A stretch of DNA of 64,000 bases from Pseudomonadota bacterium (lineage in GTDB: Bacteria; Bdellovibrionota_B; Oligoflexia; Oligoflexales; CAIYRB01): the NCBI GenBank assembly GCA_026390435.1, contig JAPLFY010000105.1:606-64605 (forward strand), read 5' to 3'. Every line of letters starts with the position of its first letter. Position 1 is the stretch's first letter. A program made the position numbers and the translations under genes. The notes beneath the pieces are model-generated. The model was given only the letters and a program-made list of their open reading frames with translations. It did not search any database and was not told the DNA's origin. Below are positions 42,179 to 51,714 of the stretch, piece by piece.

Positions 42179-42205
42179 TTATCGGCAAAACCGAGAAAAA
42201 CTTAA
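42179..42205 (-). promoter_or_regulatory. sigma-28-type promoter
   Basis: Minus strand TTAAGTTT-N11-GCCGATAA. Confidence 0.8.
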
Positions 42206-42299
42206 TAGCAAATTGGATAGATGCATCATTAGGATAGTGGCATCGCTGCCTTGCAATCACTTTCGTAATTCGGATTTTTCGTAAAAATGTATTTACTGC

Positions 42300-42327
42300 T
42301 AAAGTTTTGCGCCACAACCGCCGATAA
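42300..42327 (+). promoter_or_regulatory. sigma-28-type promoter
   Basis: TAAAGTTT-N12-GCCGATAA (both boxes match consensus). Confidence 0.9.
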
Positions 42328-42406
42328 GACCACTAAGAATCAGCGACAATCCTTGGAAACCAATAAAAACGGTCCTTAAGCAAAAATTTAGTGGAGGCTT
42401 CAGACC

Positions 42407-43441
42407 ATGGCACAGAAATTTGAAAACCACGTGTATTTAAAGCATCTCGCCACAACCGCTTGGTCTTTACTTCTACTCACGGGCTGTAGCGTGCAACCGG
42501 TGACCACAAACAATACTAATGGAGCAAAGCCGTCCGGCGCGAAGCCGCAGAAGCAGAGCGCTGAGGTGGCCTCTCAGACGCCTGTAGTAGCTGCGACGCA
42601 GGACAACGCACCTGCACAGAGTGATGCCCTTGAGCCGAGCGGCTCGTTGGCGTTGGTCATGCCTATGGGAATGCCGGCAAAGGTCGATCAAGTTAGGTTG
42701 TCTGTGGCGAGAAAGACGCCATTTCTTGAGGGTCTTTTATCTCAACAGAAAAGTATCGATGCCGAGGTAGCCGCAATCGAAGAGAAATTTAAAAAAGCTG
42801 AACTTAATCAAACTAGGCCGGGTTCTATTAATGGGGTTTATTGGTCTGATCCTCGACGCTTGTTCGCTATATCGGGCTTGAATACATCCGGCATCGACAA
42901 CAATGCGTATCTAAAACAACAGCTTCTAACGGGGCGAGATATTGATGCAGCACTTGATAAAGAAGTGACCACCGCAGCTAAGTCCGACCCCAAAGGCCAG
43001 CAACTTTTCCAGCTTGGCGCCGGCACACCCCAGCTACAACGCTTCGATTTGGCACCAGGCCAGTATTTCATATTAGTTGAGGTTCTCGACAGCACCACGG
43101 GTAAAGTTTACCAAAAGGGCCGGGGTCAGGTAGAGATTGTCGCTGGTGCAGTGGCCCAGGCAAATATCAAACTCGTGACGGTTAACCAATTAGAAGGTGG
43201 TTTAGTCGTGACCCTAGGTGGGAGTGGTTTCACGAAGGGTGGCCAGTCTAAGGTCTGTTCGGAACCCACGCCAGCTACAGTTTGTCCTCTCAGGGCAGTG
43301 ATTCTGAGTGAAAGCGATTGGAAGTGGCAGAGAGCTTGTGAAGCTCAAGGTCACCAACTTGTCAGTTGTATTAGCAATACATGTCAGACACCGAACCCAA
43401 GTGAAGGCACACAACTTTGCAGCGGCATCGTGAACCTGTAA
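42407..43441 (+). CDS. Hypothetical lipoprotein with C-terminal Cys-rich domain
   Basis: Lipobox LTGC; Ig-like segment LAPGQYFILVEVLD; six Cys at the C-terminus. Confidence 0.75.
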   Translation: MAQKFENHVYLKHLATTAWSLLLLTGCSVQPVTTNNTNGAKPSGAKPQKQSAEVASQTPVVAATQDNAPAQSDALEPSGSLALVMPMGMPAKVDQVRLSVARKTPFLEGLLSQQKSIDAEVAAIEEKFKKAELNQTRPGSINGVYWSDPRRLFAISGLNTSGIDNNAYLKQQLLTGRDIDAALDKEVTTAAKSDPKGQQLFQLGAGTPQLQRFDLAPGQYFILVEVLDSTTGKVYQKGRGQVEIVAGAVAQANIKLVTVNQLEGGLVVTLGGSGFTKGGQSKVCSEPTPATVCPLRAVILSESDWKWQRACEAQGHQLVSCISNTCQTPNPSEGTQLCSGIVNL

Positions 43442-43457
43442 TTCACATCTTTAAGAT

Positions 43458-43488
43458 CATCTGTGCCAAACACATGGCACAGATGTTT
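43458..43488 (+). terminator. Probable terminator hairpin
   Basis: CATCTGTGCCA-AACACA-TGGCACAGATG-TTT. Confidence 0.65.
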
Positions 43489-43538
43489 ATAAATTCAATC
43501 ACCAGATTTTTTCTAAAAAAATCCACCCATGGGATCGT

Positions 43539-44309
43539 GTGATGCTAAGCCGCTTCTTCACATGGATGACGGTATCAAGAGCATGTCTAGGTTTTTTGCT
43601 CTTTTTCTTTTGCTCTTCGATCTTGTCTTTGCCTGTTTATGCTGGCGACCAGAAGTTAGCTAAGACCAACGTCGGAGCTAAGAGATACCGAACTAGAGTG
43701 GAAAATTTTCAGGAGCTCAATGAGACGTATTCCCCTAGTCGATTGGAAGACATCTGGGGAGTTAGAGGTAAGCGCAACAAGTTTACCGTGCTTGCAGAGA
43801 CCGGAGCGACTATGGCCGTATTCGCCTATGTTGGGCATGGTGTGAATATAGGTCGCTTTATCGACCGGGATAAAATGGTCGAGCTTAGCTATTTTAATGC
43901 CAAATTTAGCGGTCAGGCCAGTCGTCAGTCGATAAGCTTGCTGTCCAGCCGCTTGCGTTGGTTTCTTGGCAACTCTTTTAATCTGGGCCTTGGCACCGGC
44001 GTGCGGCAACTGCAGTTCGGCAAAAGTGCCGAAATTGACCATACGGGTGTGATTTACCGAGGAACCGGGAGCAGTGCCCTGATTGGCGGCACACTTGGCA
44101 ATAGGTGGCAGTGGGGGTATACAAGCTTCGGCTGTGACTGGCTCGGCGTTGACCTTCCGGTGTACTCATGGGATGTGCGAGGCACTCAGATTGATGAGCT
44201 AGGAAAGCAAAAAGATGCCGTCAGCCAAGGGATCTCTGACGAGGTGGCCCGGTACGTCAAAAAAATTAATTTGACCTTATTTAAAGTCCAATTGGGCTGG
44301 TCTTTTTAA
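43539..44309 (+). CDS. Outer-membrane beta-barrel protein
   Basis: Signal peptide; RWFLGNSF, LGNRWQW...GCDWLG, C-terminal VQLGWSF. Confidence 0.75.
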   Translation: MMLSRFFTWMTVSRACLGFLLFFFCSSILSLPVYAGDQKLAKTNVGAKRYRTRVENFQELNETYSPSRLEDIWGVRGKRNKFTVLAETGATMAVFAYVGHGVNIGRFIDRDKMVELSYFNAKFSGQASRQSISLLSSRLRWFLGNSFNLGLGTGVRQLQFGKSAEIDHTGVIYRGTGSSALIGGTLGNRWQWGYTSFGCDWLGVDLPVYSWDVRGTQIDELGKQKDAVSQGISDEVARYVKKINLTLFKVQLGWSF

Positions 44310-44421
44310 GCTTGGGACAGGTTAGCCCGAAGGCTGAGCGTGCTAAGAGAGAGAAATCAGTTAGCGTATTAATCCAAATTTGCTAGGATTTACGCTGATA
44401 GTAGCCGCTGAGGAGCGAGAA

Positions 44422-44706
44422 GTGCAGTGTTCATCAATCACGTTCAGCCGACATGCTCTTTCCCAGATGTTTACGAGAAACATAGCCGTAGACGAGGTTG
44501 TAGCTGTGCTGGGGGATGGCGAGGCAATTGAAACATACCCTGATGACACGCCATATCCCAGTTGCCTTCTTGTAGGAAAGCCCAGCAACAGGATCCTTCA
44601 TGTTGTTGCGGCCCGCAACTCAGTGGATGCCTTATGTATCGTGATCACAGCCTACGAACCCAGCCCAAGGCTTTGGCAACCAGACTTTAAAACAAGGAAT
44701 AAGTGA
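44422..44706 (+). CDS. DUF4258 family putative toxin
   Basis: FSRHA..QM..RNI, IETYPDD.PYPSCL, LHVV, ITAYEP...W; RBS AGGAG. Confidence 0.85.
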   Translation: MQCSSITFSRHALSQMFTRNIAVDEVVAVLGDGEAIETYPDDTPYPSCLLVGKPSNRILHVVAARNSVDALCIVITAYEPSPRLWQPDFKTRNK

Positions 44707-44930
44707 TGGACTGCGTTATTTGTAAACACGGTACAACCGAGAGCGGTTTGGTCACGGTTTCCTTGAGCCGAGGTAATACCGTCATCGTCGTAAAAGAAGT
44801 GCCAGCTGAAGTCTGTGCTAATTGTGGCGAATATTATCTTTCCGAGGAGGTTTCCAAAAAGCTGCTTTCAAAAGCTAACGCTGCTGTAGCATCCGGAGCC
44901 GAAGTTGAAATTTTGCGATATGCCGCCTGA
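44706..44930 (+). CDS. YgiT-type zinc finger (MqsA-family antitoxin-like)
   Basis: CVICKHG...VPAEVCANCGEYY; overlaps the toxin stop. Confidence 0.88.
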   Translation: MDCVICKHGTTESGLVTVSLSRGNTVIVVKEVPAEVCANCGEYYLSEEVSKKLLSKANAAVASGAEVEILRYAA

Positions 44931-45044
44931 CCAACACTAAACCCTGATGTCGGTGGATTAAAGTGTCTCAATACCCAGAGTAAATAGAGACGGCCGGGGT
45001 ATTCCCCGCCCATGTTTCGCTGCCACCTAAAAGGACTAGCCAAT

Positions 45045-46256
45045 ATGAGCCTAACCATCAGCCCCACGCTGCGTAACTTAGTCGATGCTGAAATCACACA
45101 AGTGCTACCAGAGGTCGTGGCGTTTCGCCGGGACCGTCATCAGCATCCGGAGTTGACGTGGAAGGAGCAGGCAACGGCTGCGGCGGTCGCCGAGAAGTTG
45201 CGCGCGATTCCGGGCCTAACGGTGGTCGAAGGTGTGGGCAAGCTCGGCGTAGTCGCTCTGCTCCAGGGCGAAAAGAGTGGCCCGACCGTCGCATTGCGTG
45301 CGGATATGGACGCGTTGCCCGTTCGTGAGGTGACCGGCAAGTCTTATGCATCGTGTCACGACGGTGTGATGCATGCGTGCGGTCACGATGGTCATATGGC
45401 GAATCTGCTCGGCAGTGCTTTGGTGCTTTCAAAGCTGCGCTCACATTTGCGCGGCCAGGTGAAGTTTATCTTTCAACCAGCGGAAGAGGGTGGTGCCGGT
45501 GCCAAGGTGATGTGCGATGACGGCGTCCTAGATAGTCCAAAGGTTGATGTGATCTTCGGGTTGCACGGTTGGCCTGAGATCCCCTGCGGCCAAATATATT
45601 TGAAAAATGGACCGCTACTCGCCGCAACTAACGTCTTTCACATTGAAGTCAAAGGCACCGGTTGTCACGCAGCTATGCCGCACCTGGGTACGGATCAGGT
45701 GCTGATAGGTGCGCGTATCGTTGAGGGTCTACAAAGTATTTCAGCGCGGATCATGGCACCGACTGAGCCGGTCGCTGTATCAGTGACCCAGTTTCACGGT
45801 GGCACAGCGAACAACGTGATTCCACCGTCAGTGAAACTCACCGGTACGCTGCGGACGATGACACCAGCAGCACGTGAGCGGGCAGTGGGCGCTATTGAAC
45901 GACTGGCTAAGGGCATTGCCGCAGCAAATGGCGCTGAGGCTATGGTCACTTTTGAGTCGGGATATCCACCGACCGTTAATCACGAGCAGCCAACCAACTT
46001 CCTAGAATCTATCGCACGCGAAGTGTTACCTACTGGCAGTAGCGAGCGACTGACCGTGCCGACGATGGGTGGTGAAGACTTTGCTTATTACCTCGAGCGC
46101 GTGCCAGGATCTTTCTTCTTTCTTGGCGTGGATGACGGTAGAGCGGGGGGGTATCCGTCACTGCATCACCCAGCCTACGATTTTAATGACGGCGCCCTGC
46201 CGCATGGCATCAAGATGTTTGTGCATGCGGCATTAGCTTATGCGGACATGACTTAA
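45045..46256 (+). CDS. M20D family amidohydrolase
   Basis: HPEL, LRADMDALP, MHACGHDGH, FQPAEEG, GEDFAYY, LHHP. Confidence 0.92.
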   Translation: MSLTISPTLRNLVDAEITQVLPEVVAFRRDRHQHPELTWKEQATAAAVAEKLRAIPGLTVVEGVGKLGVVALLQGEKSGPTVALRADMDALPVREVTGKSYASCHDGVMHACGHDGHMANLLGSALVLSKLRSHLRGQVKFIFQPAEEGGAGAKVMCDDGVLDSPKVDVIFGLHGWPEIPCGQIYLKNGPLLAATNVFHIEVKGTGCHAAMPHLGTDQVLIGARIVEGLQSISARIMAPTEPVAVSVTQFHGGTANNVIPPSVKLTGTLRTMTPAARERAVGAIERLAKGIAAANGAEAMVTFESGYPPTVNHEQPTNFLESIAREVLPTGSSERLTVPTMGGEDFAYYLERVPGSFFFLGVDDGRAGGYPSLHHPAYDFNDGALPHGIKMFVHAALAYADMT

Positions 46257-46271
46257 CCGATTTGACTTAAT

Positions 46272-47192
46272 TTATCGGCTGAGAAGTTTATGCTTCTCAG
46301 CCCAAACTTTAATGTCATTCGCAACGTGCGGGGCAAAGTCGACAAAGGGCATGTGATTATAGCGTGCTGGGGTAAGTATCTCGGTCGATTGACTTGGTAG
46401 TGAGTCGCGGAAGAAGTTCAGGCCACTTGACGGTAAGATGAAATCATCCGTGCCCCAGACCACTAAGGTTGGTGGCATGTCGGCTAGCTCTTTTTCCGCT
46501 AGCAGTGGGTAGCTGTAGGCTCCTTCGCGGAGTGTCTTCAGATGCGGCCTGTTTAAGTGTGCCCATAAGAACACAGCGGTAGCAGCCAGTCCGGGTGCTG
46601 GCACGCCATTTGGGAAGAGCTTGTTAACAAAAGCGGTGGCCTTACCGTAGTCAGTTAAATGAAAAGTGTTAAGGACGTTCGTTAATTCTTTGTTGGAGTA
46701 GGGCGCGCCAAAAGGTGAGATGAGTACTGTGGCCCTAACTAAATCCCCTAAAATCCGTGTCGCTCTCACTGTCACTAGGCCGCCCATGGAATTGCCCACT
46801 AACACGCAGCCCCGGTTCTTTGGGACCAGCGTTTTCACCGCGTCGACTGCGGCGTCTAAGATCGCTTGCGGCGTGAGATCGGCTTGATCTGGAACAGGCG
46901 ATTGACCGTGTCCAGGTAAGTCGATGGCAATCACCTGCGCACAGGAGTCGGATAATTTGTGTAGTAAAGGCTCCCAATCGAGGGCTTGGGAACTAAATCC
47001 GTGAATGAATACCCAGACCGGGTCGTTGCCCTTATCCGCATTGATCAGCACGTGTAGCTTTTCAATATCATGCTCGTCGGGCAGGTCGTGCCAGTGGGAA
47101 ACGAAGCCGGCGCGAGCCAGGTTCTTGGTTTTTAGCGCCCATAATTTATCGACACCACGGCGCACGGCCCCTTGCCAAATTGCATGCACCAT
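46272..47192 (-). CDS. Alpha/beta fold hydrolase
   Basis: FIHGF, IDLPGHGQS, GNSMG nucleophile elbow, WGTDD, H. Confidence 0.88.
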   Translation of the reverse strand: MVHAIWQGAVRRGVDKLWALKTKNLARAGFVSHWHDLPDEHDIEKLHVLINADKGNDPVWVFIHGFSSQALDWEPLLHKLSDSCAQVIAIDLPGHGQSPVPDQADLTPQAILDAAVDAVKTLVPKNRGCVLVGNSMGGLVTVRATRILGDLVRATVLISPFGAPYSNKELTNVLNTFHLTDYGKATAFVNKLFPNGVPAPGLAATAVFLWAHLNRPHLKTLREGAYSYPLLAEKELADMPPTLVVWGTDDFILPSSGLNFFRDSLPSQSTEILTPARYNHMPFVDFAPHVANDIKVWAEKHKLLSR

Positions 47193-47276
47193 CGCCTACG
47201 TCCTCCGCCAATATTGAAATCTGCCTGTTTGGTGATTCTAGCATAGTTTGCGGTTTTTCGGAAAGGCACACAGTGG

Positions 47277-49091
47277 TTACTGGGGTCCTGAGGGCGCGAG
47301 GATTAAGGGTTTAAGCTCGCCTCTGGTCTCGGCATCTTCGGGTTCACGCTCGTGCGTCGGCTCGCCGAGTTCACCAGCCTGCAATAGGCGCGCGAACAAT
47401 CCGTTCTCACGCCGCAGTTGCTGGAAACTCCCATTCTGAACGATCCGTCCCTCAGACATGACTAAGATGCGGTGGGCAGAGAGCACAGTCGAAAGTCGGT
47501 GGGCTATGACGAAGGTCGTCTTGCCCTCGCTGAGGCGGTCCATCGCTCCTTGGACCCAGCGCTCAGTCTCATTATCAAGTGCGCTGGTGGCCTCGTCCAA
47601 GACCAGAATCGGGGCATTTTTTAAAATTGCCCGCGCGATTGCGATCCTCTGGCGCTCTCCTCCGGACAGAGCCAAGCCACGCTCACCGACGACAAAATCA
47701 TAACCACCGGGGCGGGCCGTAATGAACTCATGGGCGTGTGCGTTGCGCGCAGCTTCTTCTACCTCTGCGCGACTCGCGGTGGGACGTCCAACCAAGATGT
47801 TGTCGTAGATAGAACGATTAAATAGGCCGGGATCCTGGAAGACCGTGGCAATTGAGCCACATAAGTTACTTACTTCAAGATCCTTAATGTCTTGGTCATC
47901 GATGAGAATGCGGCCAAGGTCGGGCGAGTAAAGGCGTTGAAGTAGCGACAGGCAAGTACTCTTGCCTGATCCCGTGGGGCCGACGAGAGCTATCGTTTGC
48001 CCCGCCTCGACCGTGAAATTTAGGTCAAAGACTCCCGGCCCCTTCGCACCGTGCCGGTTGTACTGGTAGCTTACGTGTTCAAATACTACCTGCCCACGCG
48101 GCGAAAGTGTTTTGAATCGGTCTTGCGGAATTTCTTCAGGCCCGACATGGTCAATTAACTCAAAGAGATTTTTCGTGGTGGGCATCTGCCCGACGATGCG
48201 ATTGATAAATGACGACAGCTGATCCAGTCGGCTGATCAGTAGCGTGGAGAAGCCAACGAACGTGACGATTTGTCCCTGCGAGGCCTGCCCGCTTTGAACT
48301 AATGACGAGCCGATCGCAACGATTGCCAGCATGGCCACCATCGATGATAGGCGCGTAATGACGTTCAGAACGCCCCACCAGTTTAAAACTGGATATTGCG
48401 CTTTGAGAATGTCACGCACGAGTCCCTTAAAGAGGTCGACTTCATGGCCCACCCGCGTGAATGCACGAACAACGGTCACATTGGCCATCACGTCGACAAG
48501 TCGCGACGTCAGCCCTTGGTGCTTAATCTCCACTATATCCTGACGGATATGCGTCCGACGAATGACGAACCAGTTACAAGTTGTGTAAATCAAGGCCAGC
48601 GCGAATAGGGCGCTGGCGAGGCGAACGTCCAACGAGAATGCCATCGGCACGAGGATCACAACGCTGCCAAGGGCAATGAGGTTCTCGCGAAAAAACGACA
48701 ACGTGATGCTGAACACCTGGTCGGCGCCCGTTTGGATGGTGCGCACCACGCGGCCCGAGCCGTTGAGCGAATGAAATTGGTAAGGTTGGGAGATCGTGCG
48801 TCCGAAGGCCAGCTCCATCGCCTGAAGGCGTCGACGGTGCGCGAACCGGTCGGTGGCTACGGAAAGGAAGATGCTGAATACGGCGTTCAGGCTCCCCATT
48901 GCCACCCACAGGCCGACGTAATGTCCGAAGCGGGCGTCCTTCGCTAGTCCGTCAATCACACGGCCGAAGAGGACGGGCTCTAAGATTTGTGCGCACGCTA
49001 CTAAAAGGGCGGCGGCGACGAAGAGGATGGTCAGCCGATGTTCTGCACGGCCTAGCCGTAGCACGCGTAGGAATATCTTAAAAAACTGCAT
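47277..49091 (-). CDS. ABC exporter (fused TMD-NBD), cyclic beta-1,2-glucan exporter ChvA/NdvA-like
   Basis: EPVLFGRVID.L, DRFAHRRRL, AQYPVLNWW, VFQDPGLFNRSI, GPTGSGKS, LSGGERQR. Confidence 0.75.
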   Translation of the reverse strand: MQFFKIFLRVLRLGRAEHRLTILFVAAALLVACAQILEPVLFGRVIDGLAKDARFGHYVGLWVAMGSLNAVFSIFLSVATDRFAHRRRLQAMELAFGRTISQPYQFHSLNGSGRVVRTIQTGADQVFSITLSFFRENLIALGSVVILVPMAFSLDVRLASALFALALIYTTCNWFVIRRTHIRQDIVEIKHQGLTSRLVDVMANVTVVRAFTRVGHEVDLFKGLVRDILKAQYPVLNWWGVLNVITRLSSMVAMLAIVAIGSSLVQSGQASQGQIVTFVGFSTLLISRLDQLSSFINRIVGQMPTTKNLFELIDHVGPEEIPQDRFKTLSPRGQVVFEHVSYQYNRHGAKGPGVFDLNFTVEAGQTIALVGPTGSGKSTCLSLLQRLYSPDLGRILIDDQDIKDLEVSNLCGSIATVFQDPGLFNRSIYDNILVGRPTASRAEVEEAARNAHAHEFITARPGGYDFVVGERGLALSGGERQRIAIARAILKNAPILVLDEATSALDNETERWVQGAMDRLSEGKTTFVIAHRLSTVLSAHRILVMSEGRIVQNGSFQQLRRENGLFARLLQAGELGEPTHEREPEDAETRGELKPLILAPSGPQ

Positions 49092-49277
49092 CCCAAAATT
49101 ATAGTTTAAGCATCGAATATCTGCCACCTTTTATGCCTTTGGGTGGCCGATACTTTTGCATCTGGCTATAGGCCTGCCGGCCTAATATCAGGGGGTTGCC
49201 AGAAGTGCCTGACCCCAGAAAATAGATTTTCCCGAATGACTTATGTTCGGTAAAACGTTGAAGTTTTACAATTCAGC

Positions 49278-49305
49278 TAAAGTTTTGGAGTAAAAAATCC
49301 GATAG
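49278..49305 (+). promoter_or_regulatory. sigma-28-type promoter
   Basis: TAAAGTTT-N12-TCCGATAG. Confidence 0.75.
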
Positions 49306-49365
49306 GTACCCATCACAAAGTACTGGGATTAGGTGAACGAGCTTCATAATTAAGGGGAGTTGAGT

Positions 49366-50085
49366 ATGCGGAAAAGCTTAATAACTGCACTTAGCGTATC
49401 TACTGCAGTCATTCTAGTGGGATGCGGCGCTACTCAAAACCCTCAATTGAGCGGGGGGGCGGCAGGGGCAAGTAGCAATAAATCTCGGCCAGCGTCCAAT
49501 GACCGAGTGGCACAGGAGTCACTGTCGTCCGCGTCGGACTCCGATAGTGCTGAGCTAAAAACCGTAACTCCCGAACTCCTACTGGACCAAAGCAGCAAGG
49601 CCGCAGAGGTTCAAGCCTCGTTTGTTAAGCAAGGTCCCGGAGTCCAAACGTCATCTACTGCGACTAATGGTCAGCAACCGACGGTGGACAAAGCTTCGGC
49701 AATTGCGAAATTCAAAATGCAAGCTAGCTCTGAGATCTATGCCGCACAGGCTAAACGTCCAGATATGTTGTCGCGTATCGAGGCAGACGAAATCGTGACC
49801 GCGCTTTCTGATTTGGTTCAAGCTGCTGACAACAAAAAGCCTGCTTTAGCTGCGGCTTCTTTAAACAAATTAAACAAAAAAATATATGAGATTTCCCGGC
49901 GCAAGCGGGTCACTCTCAGCCTTTACGATAACTCGACTCTGTCTGGTCGATTCATGAATGGGTTCAATGGTCTGTTTGATGTGGGTGTCCAGCTATACGG
50001 GGCCTTGATTGCGTTTGACGGAAGCCAGGTCGGTGATGCCGGTCAGAATGCTCTCAAAACAATTATGAATTTCATCACTTTCTAG
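49366..50085 (+). CDS. Hypothetical lipoprotein
   Basis: Lipobox LVGC; helical C-terminal half. Confidence 0.75.
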   Translation: MRKSLITALSVSTAVILVGCGATQNPQLSGGAAGASSNKSRPASNDRVAQESLSSASDSDSAELKTVTPELLLDQSSKAAEVQASFVKQGPGVQTSSTATNGQQPTVDKASAIAKFKMQASSEIYAAQAKRPDMLSRIEADEIVTALSDLVQAADNKKPALAAASLNKLNKKIYEISRRKRVTLSLYDNSTLSGRFMNGFNGLFDVGVQLYGALIAFDGSQVGDAGQNALKTIMNFITF

Positions 50086-50136
50086 GATTCCAAGCAATAA
50101 ACAGCATCCAAATCCAAAGATAATGGGGAATCAATC

Positions 50137-51525
50137 ATGCGGCAAAATCAAAAAATGTTAAATTTTTTAGCAGCCTCAAAATCAGTCACCCTCGTGTTCG
50201 TTCTACTGCAATCTGCCTGTAGTGCAAGCGCAAGTAATACTGGAACGGCAGAGCGGGCATTGAAATCCCCTCAGAAATCAAAGGTTTCTTCTTTCGACTC
50301 GGAAACTGTGTCAGAAGAAGCAGCAGCAATAAAAAATCCAGTCACTGATACGACTTTAGAGGAAAATTCGCTTGGTATCGCGGCCACACCTCGTCCGGAT
50401 CTCAGTGGGGAGAAAGTTCCGAGTGATGTAGAGGCTAGTGATCTCATAACTAAAGATCTGGGTAAATCTGCTAGCAGTAGCGGAATCGTCTATGTCGACA
50501 TCAGGCACCTCGCGAAAAACGCGGTTGGTACCCAGGATCTTGACACCTTCCGTTTTGGTCTCGCGAAACTTCTTAACTCGCTGTCGCTTAACCCAAAAAT
50601 CGTCAGCCTAAATCCAGTCGATCCAGCTGAAACTATCTTCCGTGTGAATCTTGCTGACTACACGCTGGTAAAGGGCTGGCGCGCTATCATGAACGAGAAA
50701 AATGCTCGCGCCAATTCTTTGCAAGTTGGCGGCGCCACTGTGGTTAAGGGTGACTGGCTGGTTTTCGCCGCATCTCGTCCCGAAGTTTATGCTCTGGTGA
50801 TGAATTTATCTTCTACAGTTCAAGGCTTCGAAAATCAGCTGAAGCCGGACTACAATAAAGCTGTTTACATAAACGCTGCTGAGTCCAACGTGGCTTTTTA
50901 TGGTCGCGTACTCCAGCGTATTCCACTAGAGATCGGTGGTCAGGCAGGAGGATACTACTGGCGTACCTACGACGTAGTTGGTAAGGGGCTGGAATCCATG
51001 GGATTTGCCAATCCACAATCACTAAGATACGCGACTGTTCCAGCACTTGTAGCCGGTGAATTCTTCTATAGTCTTCCTAACGGTATGCAAGGGTACTACG
51101 TCTCTGGCTTTGCTTTTCAAAATAGGCTCGACGCTCAGGTGTTCGTGGCTACCGACCATCGCCGCCCTCAAGACGGGGTGACGAATTGTGTGATCAAAAA
51201 TGGCAAGGGCTGTGGTTTCGTACTTAACGGCGAATCGTGCATGACTTGCCATGCGAATGGGATCAATAATCCCGGTAAGATCGTAAGGGTTTCGGGTGCT
51301 GCGACGGCTGACGCCGTGACTGGTATCTTGGCGCAGGATAGACAGCGCTTCGTCGACGCACTCAAGAAGATGGGTTACGGTGACCCGGTTTCGATGGCCG
51401 AACCAATCAACGATACGCTTGAGGCATTCAAAAGCCGGACAGGCAACAAAGACAAACGCATCCAAGCTGGCGAGTTGGAAGGTTCCGGTATGACTGTGGG
51501 TGTCGGTCCTTTACTCAGCCGCTGA
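50137..51525 (+). CDS. Lipoprotein with C-terminal CxxCH haem-c motif
   Basis: Lipobox QSAC; GYYWRTYD, GEFFYSLPNGMQGY, NGESCMTCH. Confidence 0.75.
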   Translation: MRQNQKMLNFLAASKSVTLVFVLLQSACSASASNTGTAERALKSPQKSKVSSFDSETVSEEAAAIKNPVTDTTLEENSLGIAATPRPDLSGEKVPSDVEASDLITKDLGKSASSSGIVYVDIRHLAKNAVGTQDLDTFRFGLAKLLNSLSLNPKIVSLNPVDPAETIFRVNLADYTLVKGWRAIMNEKNARANSLQVGGATVVKGDWLVFAASRPEVYALVMNLSSTVQGFENQLKPDYNKAVYINAAESNVAFYGRVLQRIPLEIGGQAGGYYWRTYDVVGKGLESMGFANPQSLRYATVPALVAGEFFYSLPNGMQGYYVSGFAFQNRLDAQVFVATDHRRPQDGVTNCVIKNGKGCGFVLNGESCMTCHANGINNPGKIVRVSGAATADAVTGILAQDRQRFVDALKKMGYGDPVSMAEPINDTLEAFKSRTGNKDKRIQAGELEGSGMTVGVGPLLSR

Positions 51526-51714
51526 TCCTAGATGGTAGCCTGTCTAAGATGTCGATAATTTGTTGGGGGATCGGGCAAGACTGCGGTGAAAATCCCGCAG
51601 ATCCAGTGAAGTGGAGGCTGTCGCTGATGACAAGTGAACAAATTACCATTCAAGTTATTTTGATTCCTGAATACTCATCGCCGTATAATTATAGAAATAA
51701 TTAGGGGATGAGTC

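Noticed and set aside
44422-44930. DUF4258/YgiT pair as a novel system
   Set aside because: It is a common, already catalogued putative toxin-antitoxin pairing.
49127-49153. GCCGATAC as an additional sigma-28 promoter (similar lone -10 boxes at 222, 19240 and 31220)
   Set aside because: No TAAA-like -35 box at an 11-12 nt spacer.
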